From: an uncultured virus (IMG/VR IMGVR_UViG_3300025840_000014)
Lineage: Duplodnaviria; Heunggongvirae; Uroviricota; Caudoviricetes
DNA length: 64,000 nt
Virus record (IMG/VR): IMGVR_UViG_3300025840_000014
Strand: one strand, 5' to 3'
A program made the translations under genes and the position numbers. Within the stretch, counting starts at the first letter, position 1. Every line of letters starts with the position of its first letter. Shown here piece after piece: positions 9,369 through 17,367 of the stretch. Under the pieces are notes generated by a model, which had not been told where the DNA came from, made no database searches, and was given only the letters and a program-made list of their open reading frames with translations.

Positions 9369-9768
9369 CATTCTCATCTCTCACATGAGGGACACAGGCT
9401 GTGTACAGCAATCCCTCTGATGTCTGATACAGGTCTGCTGGGTCACCACACAGATCACAGTGATCATATGATCGACGCTCAGTCTCGTCAATCAACCGTC
9501 GAAACAACTGTGCTGCTACACGTACACGTTCAGGGCTGTCATCAGGGCGAGGTACGAACTCGGCGTAGAACCTCAAGCCACCAAACTTCTCTTTGATCTG
9601 ATCAATCCTGTACAGGGGTGACACATAGCCAAGGTGACGATCCAACTCGTCAACCAACTCGAACCATCCCGGATTCTGGTCACGCCACACATCAATCTGA
9701 CGTTGACGTACATCACGATCAGACGGCTCATCAGACACAATCAACCACTCCAAACCGTCATAGATCAT
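9343..9768 (-). CDS. conserved phage protein (QIKEKFGGLRFY family)
   Basis: PGW..LV, DQIKEKFGGLRFY, CDLCG...TACVPH. Confidence 0.8.
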   Translation of the reverse strand: MIYDGLEWLIVSDEPSDRDVRQRQIDVWRDQNPGWFELVDELDRHLGYVSPLYRIDQIKEKFGGLRFYAEFVPRPDDSPERVRVAAQLFRRLIDETERRSYDHCDLCGDPADLYQTSEGLLYTACVPHVRDENDERVTVRT

Positions 9769-9943
9769 GGGATGAACGGTAGCACGAGGAGAACAAGCCC
9801 ACCGATCACCATCACACCACAAGCGATGTTCTGGAAGAAGATGTCAACCTTTGTCCACTTGTCCATGTGACCACAGTAACACACATGTCAAGCATTACCC
9901 GTGACGGCCTGCGGCGATCAACCACAAACCATCCCCCCAAGAA

Positions 9944-10597
9944 TCAGAGATGATTCCCCTTAGGACGACGAGGCTTACGATCCCCAGTGATCGGCTCACG
10001 ACGACCACCACCAATCGCATCAACCGTCTTCTCATCGTCATACGTCTTACGAGCATCACGACCAGCATCACGAGCACGACGAGTATTCGACACGAACTGA
10101 CGACCATCACGAGACGCCTTACGCTTCTTCGCATTAGTCGCTCTACGTTCACCCGTGGACAGCCGCGACCAAGCCTCCTTCGGCAAGTACCTGTTCATCA
10201 CAGTCCGACCCTTGCGATCACGACGCTTCGCCGGCTTCCCATCCGACGTCGTCCACTTCTCACGAGTCCACTTCGACAGCGACCGCTGACGCTTCGACTT
10301 CCCACCACGATAGCCACCACCAGCCTTGCGATACGCCTGAGCCAACAACTGCGCCTTCCGAGCAGACCACTGACCAGCACGACCCCCCTTCGAACCAGCC
10401 ATGATCCGACGCTTCAAACGCTCACGCAACTCCGGCTTCGTGTACGACATGCCCTTCACCTCAGGGCCATCGCCCTCCAAAAACATGCCAACCGCAACAT
10501 CAACCCACTCCACAGAACGACCAGACCAGTCCCGTTTCGACTCGACAGGCAGCACCCAGTCACCACGAACAACATCATCAAAACCTTCACGTCCCAT
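9944..10597 (-). CDS. basic DUF5872-like protein
   Basis: YTKPELRERLK..IMAGSKGG.AGQWSARKAQL...GGGY, SLSKWTREKW, RYLPKEAW. Confidence 0.8.
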   Translation of the reverse strand: MGREGFDDVVRGDWVLPVESKRDWSGRSVEWVDVAVGMFLEGDGPEVKGMSYTKPELRERLKRRIMAGSKGGRAGQWSARKAQLLAQAYRKAGGGYRGGKSKRQRSLSKWTREKWTTSDGKPAKRRDRKGRTVMNRYLPKEAWSRLSTGERRATNAKKRKASRDGRQFVSNTRRARDAGRDARKTYDDEKTVDAIGGGRREPITGDRKPRRPKGNHL

Positions 10598-10722
10598 CCA
10601 CACATTCTCCCACACAACAACCAACACAAATAGCAAAAACAACAACACGAACCGCATCAAACTGATACGAAACGTCACACCCACGAGTCTTCAGCCCCGA
10701 AACTTTTCCGCGCACGCCCCAG

Positions 10723-10736
10723 CCGCCGGGCGGCGG
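10723..10736. other. GC hairpin at the strand-skew inversion point
   Basis: CCGCCG-GG-CGGCGG lies between A/C-rich and G/T-rich flanks and is followed by AAATATTTT. Confidence 0.55.
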
Positions 10737-10774
10737 TGTGAAATATTTTGGGTTGTGGCGTTACTTGATTAGAT

Positions 10775-11620
10775 TTATCCGAGTTGTTGGAGTTGTTGGT
10801 TGGTGATGGTTTGTTGGGTGAAGTGTTCGGCGATGTGGATTTGTGTGTGGAGTCCGGGGTGTCGGTTGTCGGTTGCGACGTCCCAGTGTTGTTGTTGTTG
10901 GGGTGTTTGTGGGGTGTGGGTGCAGTGTGGGGGGTGGAATGGTGTGAGGTTGGCGTCTGACCATTTTGTGAGTGGGGTTTGTTGGGGGTGTTGTGGGTGG
11001 TGTGGGTTGATTTGTTGGATGTTGGTGAGGGTGTTTCGGGTGGTTTGGTCCCAACTGGTGATGAGGTGTTGGATGTTGTGGGTTTGTGTCCACCATTGAA
11101 GGAGGTAGAGGTGGTCGAGTGTTTTTGTTGTTGCTTGTTCTGGGTGTATTGGGTGTGGTTTGTGTAGTGGTTTTTGTGTTCCGGGTGCTGGTTTGTGTTG
11201 GTATGGGGTGTGGTGGTTTTTGGGGTTGTTGATGGTGTAGGTGTGGGTGTGTTGGTCCCAGTTGAGGTAGGTGTGTTGGGTTTTGTTGGGTGTTTGCCAG
11301 ATGAGGGTGTGGGTGCGGTGTTGTTCTGGGGCGAGTGTCCAGATGTTTTGTGGTGTTCCGTGTTGTTGTGTGTGTTGTGCGAGTTGTTGTATTTGTGATG
11401 CGAGGTTGTCGCCGGGGTTGGCGAGGTTGTTGATTTTTGTGTTTGTGGTTGTGGCTGCGATGTGGGGCCATGCGTAGTTGGGTGGGAGGAAGGAGCCGTA
11501 GGTGATGCTGCAGCCGAGTGTGATGGTGTTGGGGTTTTGGTGGTGTGGGTGTTGTGGGGTTTTGTGTGGGTATGGGTGTTGGGGGTAGAGGTGGTGTGCG
11601 TTTGGGGTTGGTTCGATCAT
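10775..11620 (-). CDS. SGNH/GDSL-like protein, compositionally biased (copy 3)
   Basis: TITLGCSITYG, WP, NLANPG, WDVATDNRHPGLHTQIHIAE; homologous to 13009-14184. Confidence 0.75.
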   Translation of the reverse strand: MIEPTPNAHHLYPQHPYPHKTPQHPHHQNPNTITLGCSITYGSFLPPNYAWPHIAATTTNTKINNLANPGDNLASQIQQLAQHTQQHGTPQNIWTLAPEQHRTHTLIWQTPNKTQHTYLNWDQHTHTYTINNPKNHHTPYQHKPAPGTQKPLHKPHPIHPEQATTKTLDHLYLLQWWTQTHNIQHLITSWDQTTRNTLTNIQQINPHHPQHPQQTPLTKWSDANLTPFHPPHCTHTPQTPQQQQHWDVATDNRHPGLHTQIHIAEHFTQQTITNQQLQQLG

Positions 11621-11624
11621 GGTG

Positions 11625-11699
11625 TTAGTAGGTGTAGGGGGTTTGTGGTTTTTTGCGGTTTTTGATGCGGCGGTAGATGTGTTTGATTTTGTTGATCAT
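11625..11699 (-). CDS. small basic peptide
   Basis: MINKIKHIYRRIKNRKKPQTPYTY; ATGA overlap with the upstream stop. Confidence 0.55.
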   Translation of the reverse strand: MINKIKHIYRRIKNRKKPQTPYTY

Positions 11700-12880
11700 G
11701 TTGGTGGTGTGATTGTGGTGTTGTGCCAGAAGGGGTGGAGGGTTTTGAGGGTGTTGTTGTCGATTTTGTTGCCGGTGAGGATTTCGTAGTAGTGGATTTG
11801 TCGGTGTAGGCCGGGGTGGGGGTTGGGGTGTTTCCAGTGTTTGTTGGCGGCGTGGTCCCAGAGTTGTTGTTGGTGTGGTGTTTGGGGTTGTAGGTCGCAG
11901 GGGCAGTGGGTTGGGTGTGCGAGCCATTTGGTGATGTGGGGGTGGTTGATGTTGCCGAATTCGTGCCAGTTGGGGTCTGTTGTTGTGGGTTCGTCGGGTT
12001 GTTTGTGTAGGTGGGGTGGGATGTGGTGTTGGTGGTGGGGGTAGTTGAGGATGTGGAGTGTGGCGTTGGTGTTGGGTTCCCAGCCGAGTGTGGTGAGTTT
12101 GATGTTGTTGGTTTGGGTGTAGGTGGTGAGGAGGTCGAGTGCGGTGAGGTTTTGCCAGATTGCTTGGTTTTGGCTGGGGGTGGTTTTTTGGCCGTTGAGG
12201 TTGGTGTCGCGGTGTTTTGCTGGGTTGGTTTTGTTTGGTGTTTCGTATTGTTGGGTGTGTGGGTTGTTGTGGAGTGTTTGTGTGCTGTAGGTGTTGAGGG
12301 GGTGTTGGTTGTGTGGGCCGGTGTGTCGGTCGAGTGGGGGTGTGAGGAGGAGTATTTGTTGTGGGTTGCCGTATTGTTGGATGTGTTTGAAGAGTTTTTG
12401 GACGTTGTACCAGATGTTTTGTCCGGGTGTTGCGATGTTGTTGGTGGTGTGTCCGGTGTGGTGTTGGTGGATGTAGGGCCAGCCGTAGTTGTGGGGGAGT
12501 GCTGCTGCTGCTGTGACTGAGCAGCCGAGGGTGATGGTGTGGGGGTTGTGTTGGTGTTCGTGCCAGTGGTCTCCGTCGGTGTTGATTTGGTGGAGGAGGC
12601 CGGGTGTGTCGTGGTTGGGGCGTTCTGGGTTGTGTTGGTGTGCGTACCAGTTGCCGCCGGTGTGGTAGGTGATGCCGGTTTGGGGGTCGGTTTGGGCGTT
12701 GAGTTGTTGGGGGGTTGCTTGCCAGCATCCCCAGTTGTGGAGTGGGTGTTTGTGGTTGAGGCGGTCGAAGGCGGTGATGCGCCACCATTGGTTGTGTTCG
12801 TGGTCGTAGGTGGGGTGGTTTTCTTGTTTGAGGGCGTGGAGGTGTTGTTGTATGGCTTTGCGGTGGTCGTAGTCGTTCAT
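11696..12880 (-). CDS. SGNH/GDSL-like protein, compositionally biased (copy 2)
   Basis: TITLGCSVT, YGWP, NIATPG, HPGLHRQIHYYE, LHPFW. Confidence 0.75.
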   Translation of the reverse strand: MNDYDHRKAIQQHLHALKQENHPTYDHEHNQWWRITAFDRLNHKHPLHNWGCWQATPQQLNAQTDPQTGITYHTGGNWYAHQHNPERPNHDTPGLLHQINTDGDHWHEHQHNPHTITLGCSVTAAAALPHNYGWPYIHQHHTGHTTNNIATPGQNIWYNVQKLFKHIQQYGNPQQILLLTPPLDRHTGPHNQHPLNTYSTQTLHNNPHTQQYETPNKTNPAKHRDTNLNGQKTTPSQNQAIWQNLTALDLLTTYTQTNNIKLTTLGWEPNTNATLHILNYPHHQHHIPPHLHKQPDEPTTTDPNWHEFGNINHPHITKWLAHPTHCPCDLQPQTPHQQQLWDHAANKHWKHPNPHPGLHRQIHYYEILTGNKIDNNTLKTLHPFWHNTTITPPT

Positions 12881-12916
12881 TTTTGTTTCGCGTTCTGTGG
12901 GTGCGGTTAGATTTAT

Positions 12917-13012
12917 CTAGTAGATGTGTGGGGGTGGGAGTTTGTCTCTCCATCGTTTCCATCGGTAGATGATTCGACGGATTTGGAGCCGCATCATTTG
13001 ATATGGGTTCAT
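12917..13012 (-). CDS. small basic peptide
   Basis: MNPYQMMRLQIRRIIYRWKRWRDKLPPPHIY; ATGA overlap with the upstream stop. Confidence 0.55.
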   Translation of the reverse strand: MNPYQMMRLQIRRIIYRWKRWRDKLPPPHIY

Positions 13013-14184
13013 GTGTGTGATCTTAATGTGTTGGGCCCGTAGTAAGGGGGCGGGTTTTCTGCTTCTTCCCAGAACGGGTGGAGAAGGTCGATGTCTTCTT
13101 GGGTGATTCGGAATTGGCCGAAAATTTCTGCGAAATGAATTTGGCTGTGCACCCCGTGATGCGGATGGTTGCCTGAGTGCCGGTCGTCTGCCCATGTCCA
13201 CACTTGTTGCACGAATTCGTTTGGTGGCGGCGTTTTGCCGCATGTGCAATAGTCGGAGTGCCATAACGCATGTTCTTTCGGCAAAGCAACACCTTGGTGC
13301 TGTTCCTGAAGGCTTGGTATCGGAGAGTTCGTGAACGGGTCGATCAACCCGTTTTCTCGCCAGATTTCCAGACGTTCCGACCCTGTGGTCCAGTGTTCTG
13401 GGAGTGGCTGCATTTGCTGCTGTAACCGCATTTGACCTAAAGCGAAGTTTGTGTAGGGCTCCCACGAGTAGGTTCGCAGTTCGATGTTCATTGCATCGCA
13501 GAGGCCCGCGAACGTTTCGAGAAGGAGGAGGTTGGTGTGAGCAACAATATCCGGACTGATCGTCAACGGTTTAGATTTATCTAAGAGTTTGGATTGGAGT
13601 TCTAAGGGGACGGGTCGTCCTTTTTTGTCTCCGACGACGTATTGACGTTGAACGTAATCGAATACAGCAGTCGGTGAACCGTGTAGATCGAAGCGGAGGA
13701 TGTCTGGCAACAGAAAGCACAGCACGTCCGGAGGGCCGTAGCGTTTTATCATTGCCGTAGCATTAGCGATAATTTCCGCCACACCGGCTCCCGGCATGCC
13801 GAAAGCATTGATGGAAACATCAAGTTGCGTTGCCATGATGTGTGGCCAAGAGAGGTTGTATGGCAGCCCCATGACATGTGTTTGTGAGCATCCGATTGCC
13901 ATGTAGTCGGGGTTTGACACAAAATTTGGGCCAACAAACTCATCGGTGTTGATTAGATTTAGCCGACCTTGCTCGTATTTTTCTTGATTGAACTGAGTGC
14001 CCTGATATGAGCAAGGGCCAAGTTCGGGATGGATAAAAACGTCATCGCCCCCGTTTGTTGGTCTCAGTTGCTGCTGACCGCGTTTGTATGGCCAGCGATT
14101 ACCTATTTCGAATTCCCTGATTTGGGCTATGTCTATGTAATGCTCCGCTGTCTCGTATTCACTGCGGATTTCATTGTTTACCAT
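13009..14184 (-). CDS. SGNH/GDSL-like protein (copy 1)
   Basis: AIGCSQT, SWP, NAFGMPGAG, HHGVHSQIHFAE, LHPFW. Confidence 0.75.
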   Translation of the reverse strand: MVNNEIRSEYETAEHYIDIAQIREFEIGNRWPYKRGQQQLRPTNGGDDVFIHPELGPCSYQGTQFNQEKYEQGRLNLINTDEFVGPNFVSNPDYMAIGCSQTHVMGLPYNLSWPHIMATQLDVSINAFGMPGAGVAEIIANATAMIKRYGPPDVLCFLLPDILRFDLHGSPTAVFDYVQRQYVVGDKKGRPVPLELQSKLLDKSKPLTISPDIVAHTNLLLLETFAGLCDAMNIELRTYSWEPYTNFALGQMRLQQQMQPLPEHWTTGSERLEIWRENGLIDPFTNSPIPSLQEQHQGVALPKEHALWHSDYCTCGKTPPPNEFVQQVWTWADDRHSGNHPHHGVHSQIHFAEIFGQFRITQEDIDLLHPFWEEAENPPPYYGPNTLRSHT

Positions 14185-15419
14185 TGGACTTTCATCCGCT
14201 TGATTCCGTTACCCCACTTACTGAAACCGTATTCGATTTCGTCAGCGTAACGAATGTCGGGCATTTTCTCGATCAGGTTTGCGAAGACCGAACGAAGTTG
14301 TGCTCGCGCAAGCGGTGCCCCAATGCAGTGGTGGATTCCGGGTGCGCCATATGCGACGTGAGATGGGTGAGTGTCGCGCGTTACGTCGAACGTTTCGGCG
14401 TTACGGAAAACTGTTTCGTCACGATTCGCAGAGTAGTACCAGACGACAACTTTGTCACCTTTTTTGATTTCGGTGCCGTGCAACTCGGTGTCTTGGGTTG
14501 CGGTTCTACGGAAATACATGGCGGGTGTCTGGAGGCGCGCCATTTCTTCGATGGCGGTTTTCCAGTGGTCGTCGTAGTTGTCCCACAAAAGTTTTCTTTG
14601 ATCCGGGTTTTCGGTTAGCCGTTTGATTCCACCCGAGGTGACGTGCTGGGTTGTTTCGATACCACCCATGATGAGCACCATGAACAACGATCCGAAATCG
14701 GCATCGTTGAGCACACCACCTTCTTTTGCGTTGACCAGAAGACTGGTGAGGTCGTTCTTGGGATTTTGGCGCCGTTCTTCGGCGAGTCGCCCTGCGTACT
14801 CGGTGATTGAGATGCATGCGTTGAGGAACGTGTCAGCGCGCTCTCCGCCGTGATACTCCGGATCGCTGTTCCCCGTAATTTCACGAACCCGGTCGTGCAT
14901 CCATTTTTTGTCTTCGTCGGCAACACCCATCATTTCGCATGTGATTTCTGTCGGGATGCGCGCGGAGAGTTCTTGATGGATGTCGCACGTGCGTTCCGGA
15001 TATTTTTCAATAATTTCGTCGATGATCTGGGGGGTGATTCTTTCAACAAGTTTTGTGACGTCTGCGATTTGGGTTGGCCCGAATGCTCGCTGGACGATTG
15101 ACCGCACTTCGTGGTGTCGCGGGTTGTCGAGAGCCAGTAGCGAACCGAAATATTCGAAAATGTGTTTCGGTAGGTCAGTGATTAGGTAGCCCTCGCTTGC
15201 GCAAAATAGTTCTGGGTTTCGAGATACGTATGTTGCGTCGTCGTAAAGGGTGACGGCCCAGTACCTTTTGTCCGGAAGATCTTTTTTGGAAAATTGGGGC
15301 AGCCCATGGAAGTGGGTGTATGCGCGGAAGTGCGCGAATCTTTGATCTCGTTTCGCTCGATCGGCGTCGTTGAGGCACCAGTCAGAAATCCAGTTGTCGG
15401 CGAAATGTTTGTCGCTCAT
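14178..15419 (-). CDS. cytochrome P450
   Basis: I-helix GGIETT, ExxR (EMAR), SANRDE, heme loop YGAPGIHHCIG. Confidence 0.93.
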   Translation of the reverse strand: MSDKHFADNWISDWCLNDADRAKRDQRFAHFRAYTHFHGLPQFSKKDLPDKRYWAVTLYDDATYVSRNPELFCASEGYLITDLPKHIFEYFGSLLALDNPRHHEVRSIVQRAFGPTQIADVTKLVERITPQIIDEIIEKYPERTCDIHQELSARIPTEITCEMMGVADEDKKWMHDRVREITGNSDPEYHGGERADTFLNACISITEYAGRLAEERRQNPKNDLTSLLVNAKEGGVLNDADFGSLFMVLIMGGIETTQHVTSGGIKRLTENPDQRKLLWDNYDDHWKTAIEEMARLQTPAMYFRRTATQDTELHGTEIKKGDKVVVWYYSANRDETVFRNAETFDVTRDTHPSHVAYGAPGIHHCIGAPLARAQLRSVFANLIEKMPDIRYADEIEYGFSKWGNGIKRMKVQW

Positions 15420-16858
15420 GAGACGATCCTTACTTGTGGGTTAAGTTCTTTCCATATTAAGACATCGAGTTCGTCGTTCAACATTGGCTGATCCCTAACG
15501 TTGAGGCTTGTGTTCAGCAGGATTGGGATGCCTGTTTGTCTGTTCCACATGCTTAATACGTCGTAGAGGCCGGGGTGTTGGTATTCGTTGACTGTTTGGA
15601 CCCGGGAGGTTCCGTCGGCGTGGACGACCGCTGGCATTAGGTCAGGGCGTCGTGCTTTCACGGCAAATTGCATGTAGGGGGCGGGCCGGTCGAGGTCGAA
15701 CCACTCGTCGGCGTGTTCTTCCATGACGATGGGTGCGAATGGACGGAAGGGTTCACGATTTTTTACTTCGTTGACCCTGTCTTTCATGTTTTTGGGTCGC
15801 GGGTCGGCGAGCAGGCTGCGGTTGCCGAGTGCTCTCGGTCCGAATTCTGCTGCTCCGTTTGCTACAGCAACAATCCCGTCGGTTGACAGGATGTCAATGA
15901 TGTCTTCGCTGGGGTAGAACTTGTTGCCAATTGCGTGCCCAAGGTATGGCCCTCTCCATGGGACGTGGCTGTTGTGGGCAGCGAGTGCTGCGCCGAGGCT
16001 TGATCCAGCGTCTCCCGGGTTGGGCATGATCCACACTTCGTCCCACATGTCGAGGAGTTTTGTGTTGGCGGCGCAGTTGAGCGCGCAGCCTCCCATAAAA
16101 ACGAGATTTTGGGTTGCCGAGTCTCTGCGAACGTGACGCATCAAGTCGATGAGCCGGTTTTCGTAGATCAGTTGGACTGCTGCGGCGATGTCAAATTTAT
16201 CTTGGTCTGTTTCAATTTGGTGAGGCCAGTCAACACCGAGATGAAAGTTTTGTGTTTGGCTGTTCCAATTGGGGAACATTGCGTTTACTTCGCCGGCGTA
16301 TCGTGCGGGGTCACCGTATGCCGCCATTCCCATGAGTACGTATTCATCGAATCCGGGTTTTAGTCCTACGAGTTGGGTGAATGCGCTGTAGAAAAGCCCA
16401 TACGAAACGGGGTACCGAAGTCGTTCGCGTTTTTGGATGTGAGTTCCCCAAGCGTCCCAAACTGTTGCGGTTTCGAACTCGCCGATTGCGTCGAGGACGA
16501 CGACGACGGCTTCGTCAAACGTCGATGTGTAATACCCGGCGGCGGCATGCGAAAAGTGATGGGAGACTTGTATTTCTCTGGGCCACGGATAGTTATACGT
16601 CTCTTTGTATAACTTGTTGTATGTACCGTTTATGCCTCCGTACAAAAATTTGCGGAGCCGCTTCAAAGATCGTTTTTCAAAATACGCGATTAAATCTGGG
16701 GGTTCGGAAAGCGCCTCTTCAAGGAGTTCATCGGCTAACTCGAACGTATTTTTTTGTTTGTTGTACCGTTCGCTGTGCGCGGCAAAAACAATTTCGCCGT
16801 TGTCTACGACGCTGACTGCTGCATCGTGACTTGAGTCGTTGATACCTAGGATCCGCAC
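15416..16858 (-). CDS. carbamoyltransferase (NodU/CmcH/TobZ family)
   Basis: HDAA, HHFSHAA, DAIGE, GGCALN, EFGPRALGNRS, REPFRPFAP, LNTSLN. Confidence 0.93.
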   Translation of the reverse strand: MRILGINDSSHDAAVSVVDNGEIVFAAHSERYNKQKNTFELADELLEEALSEPPDLIAYFEKRSLKRLRKFLYGGINGTYNKLYKETYNYPWPREIQVSHHFSHAAAGYYTSTFDEAVVVVLDAIGEFETATVWDAWGTHIQKRERLRYPVSYGLFYSAFTQLVGLKPGFDEYVLMGMAAYGDPARYAGEVNAMFPNWNSQTQNFHLGVDWPHQIETDQDKFDIAAAVQLIYENRLIDLMRHVRRDSATQNLVFMGGCALNCAANTKLLDMWDEVWIMPNPGDAGSSLGAALAAHNSHVPWRGPYLGHAIGNKFYPSEDIIDILSTDGIVAVANGAAEFGPRALGNRSLLADPRPKNMKDRVNEVKNREPFRPFAPIVMEEHADEWFDLDRPAPYMQFAVKARRPDLMPAVVHADGTSRVQTVNEYQHPGLYDVLSMWNRQTGIPILLNTSLNVRDQPMLNDELDVLIWKELNPQVRIVS

Positions 16859-16884
16859 GTTGCAGATATTAGCCGATAGCAGTT

Positions 16885-17367
16885 TTACAACTGCTCTAGA
16901 TCGTCGACAGAAATTACGCGTGTGTTTTCTGGATCGTATTTTGCGGGCTGGCCGATTTCCCATGCGTCGTCATATTTTTTCCAACCAAATACTTCGACTT
17001 GCATCATTTCGGGAAGTATTGGTCGGGCAACGAACAAAACCAGCCCTTTTCCCAACTGGTGGCGTCGGACAGCGGCGGACATTTGGGTTCTGATCCGACG
17101 AACTTCGATATTGTCGCCGACGTCTGGAAGATCTCGATACAGGTTGTGTTCCGATTTGTGCCAGACGTGACCAGACCAGTATCTATTGGTTGCTTTTGCT
17201 ACCGCCAACTCGCATACACATGCTGCGGCTTGAGCAGTTCTATCGTCTTCCATGTTTTTGCGGTGGTAATGGGGTGCGTCTTGTTTTCCCCAATTTGCTG
17301 CGTGACGTCGAGCGGCGATTTGTAGTGCGTGGTCATATTCCCACGGGTATAGGTCAATTAGTTTCAT
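16885..17367 (-). CDS. hypothetical phage protein
   Basis: ATGA overlap with the primase stop; ELAVAK...PDVG.NIEVR. Confidence 0.7.
   Translation of the reverse strand: MKLIDLYPWEYDHALQIAARRHAANWGKQDAPHYHRKNMEDDRTAQAAACVCELAVAKATNRYWSGHVWHKSEHNLYRDLPDVGDNIEVRRIRTQMSAAVRRHQLGKGLVLFVARPILPEMMQVEVFGWKKYDDAWEIGQPAKYDPENTRVISVDDLEQL

Noticed and set aside
10750..12960. GT-rich tract as telomere-like repeat, microsatellite or sequencing artefact
   Set aside because: There is no periodic unit, and the minus strand encodes intact ORFs homologous to 13009-14184
10761..12962. Alternative-frame ORFs 10761-11471 and 11625-12962 and + strand V/G/C/W-rich ORFs
   Set aside because: By-products of the skewed composition, which yields few stop codons; no motifs, except the last 24 codons of 11625-12962
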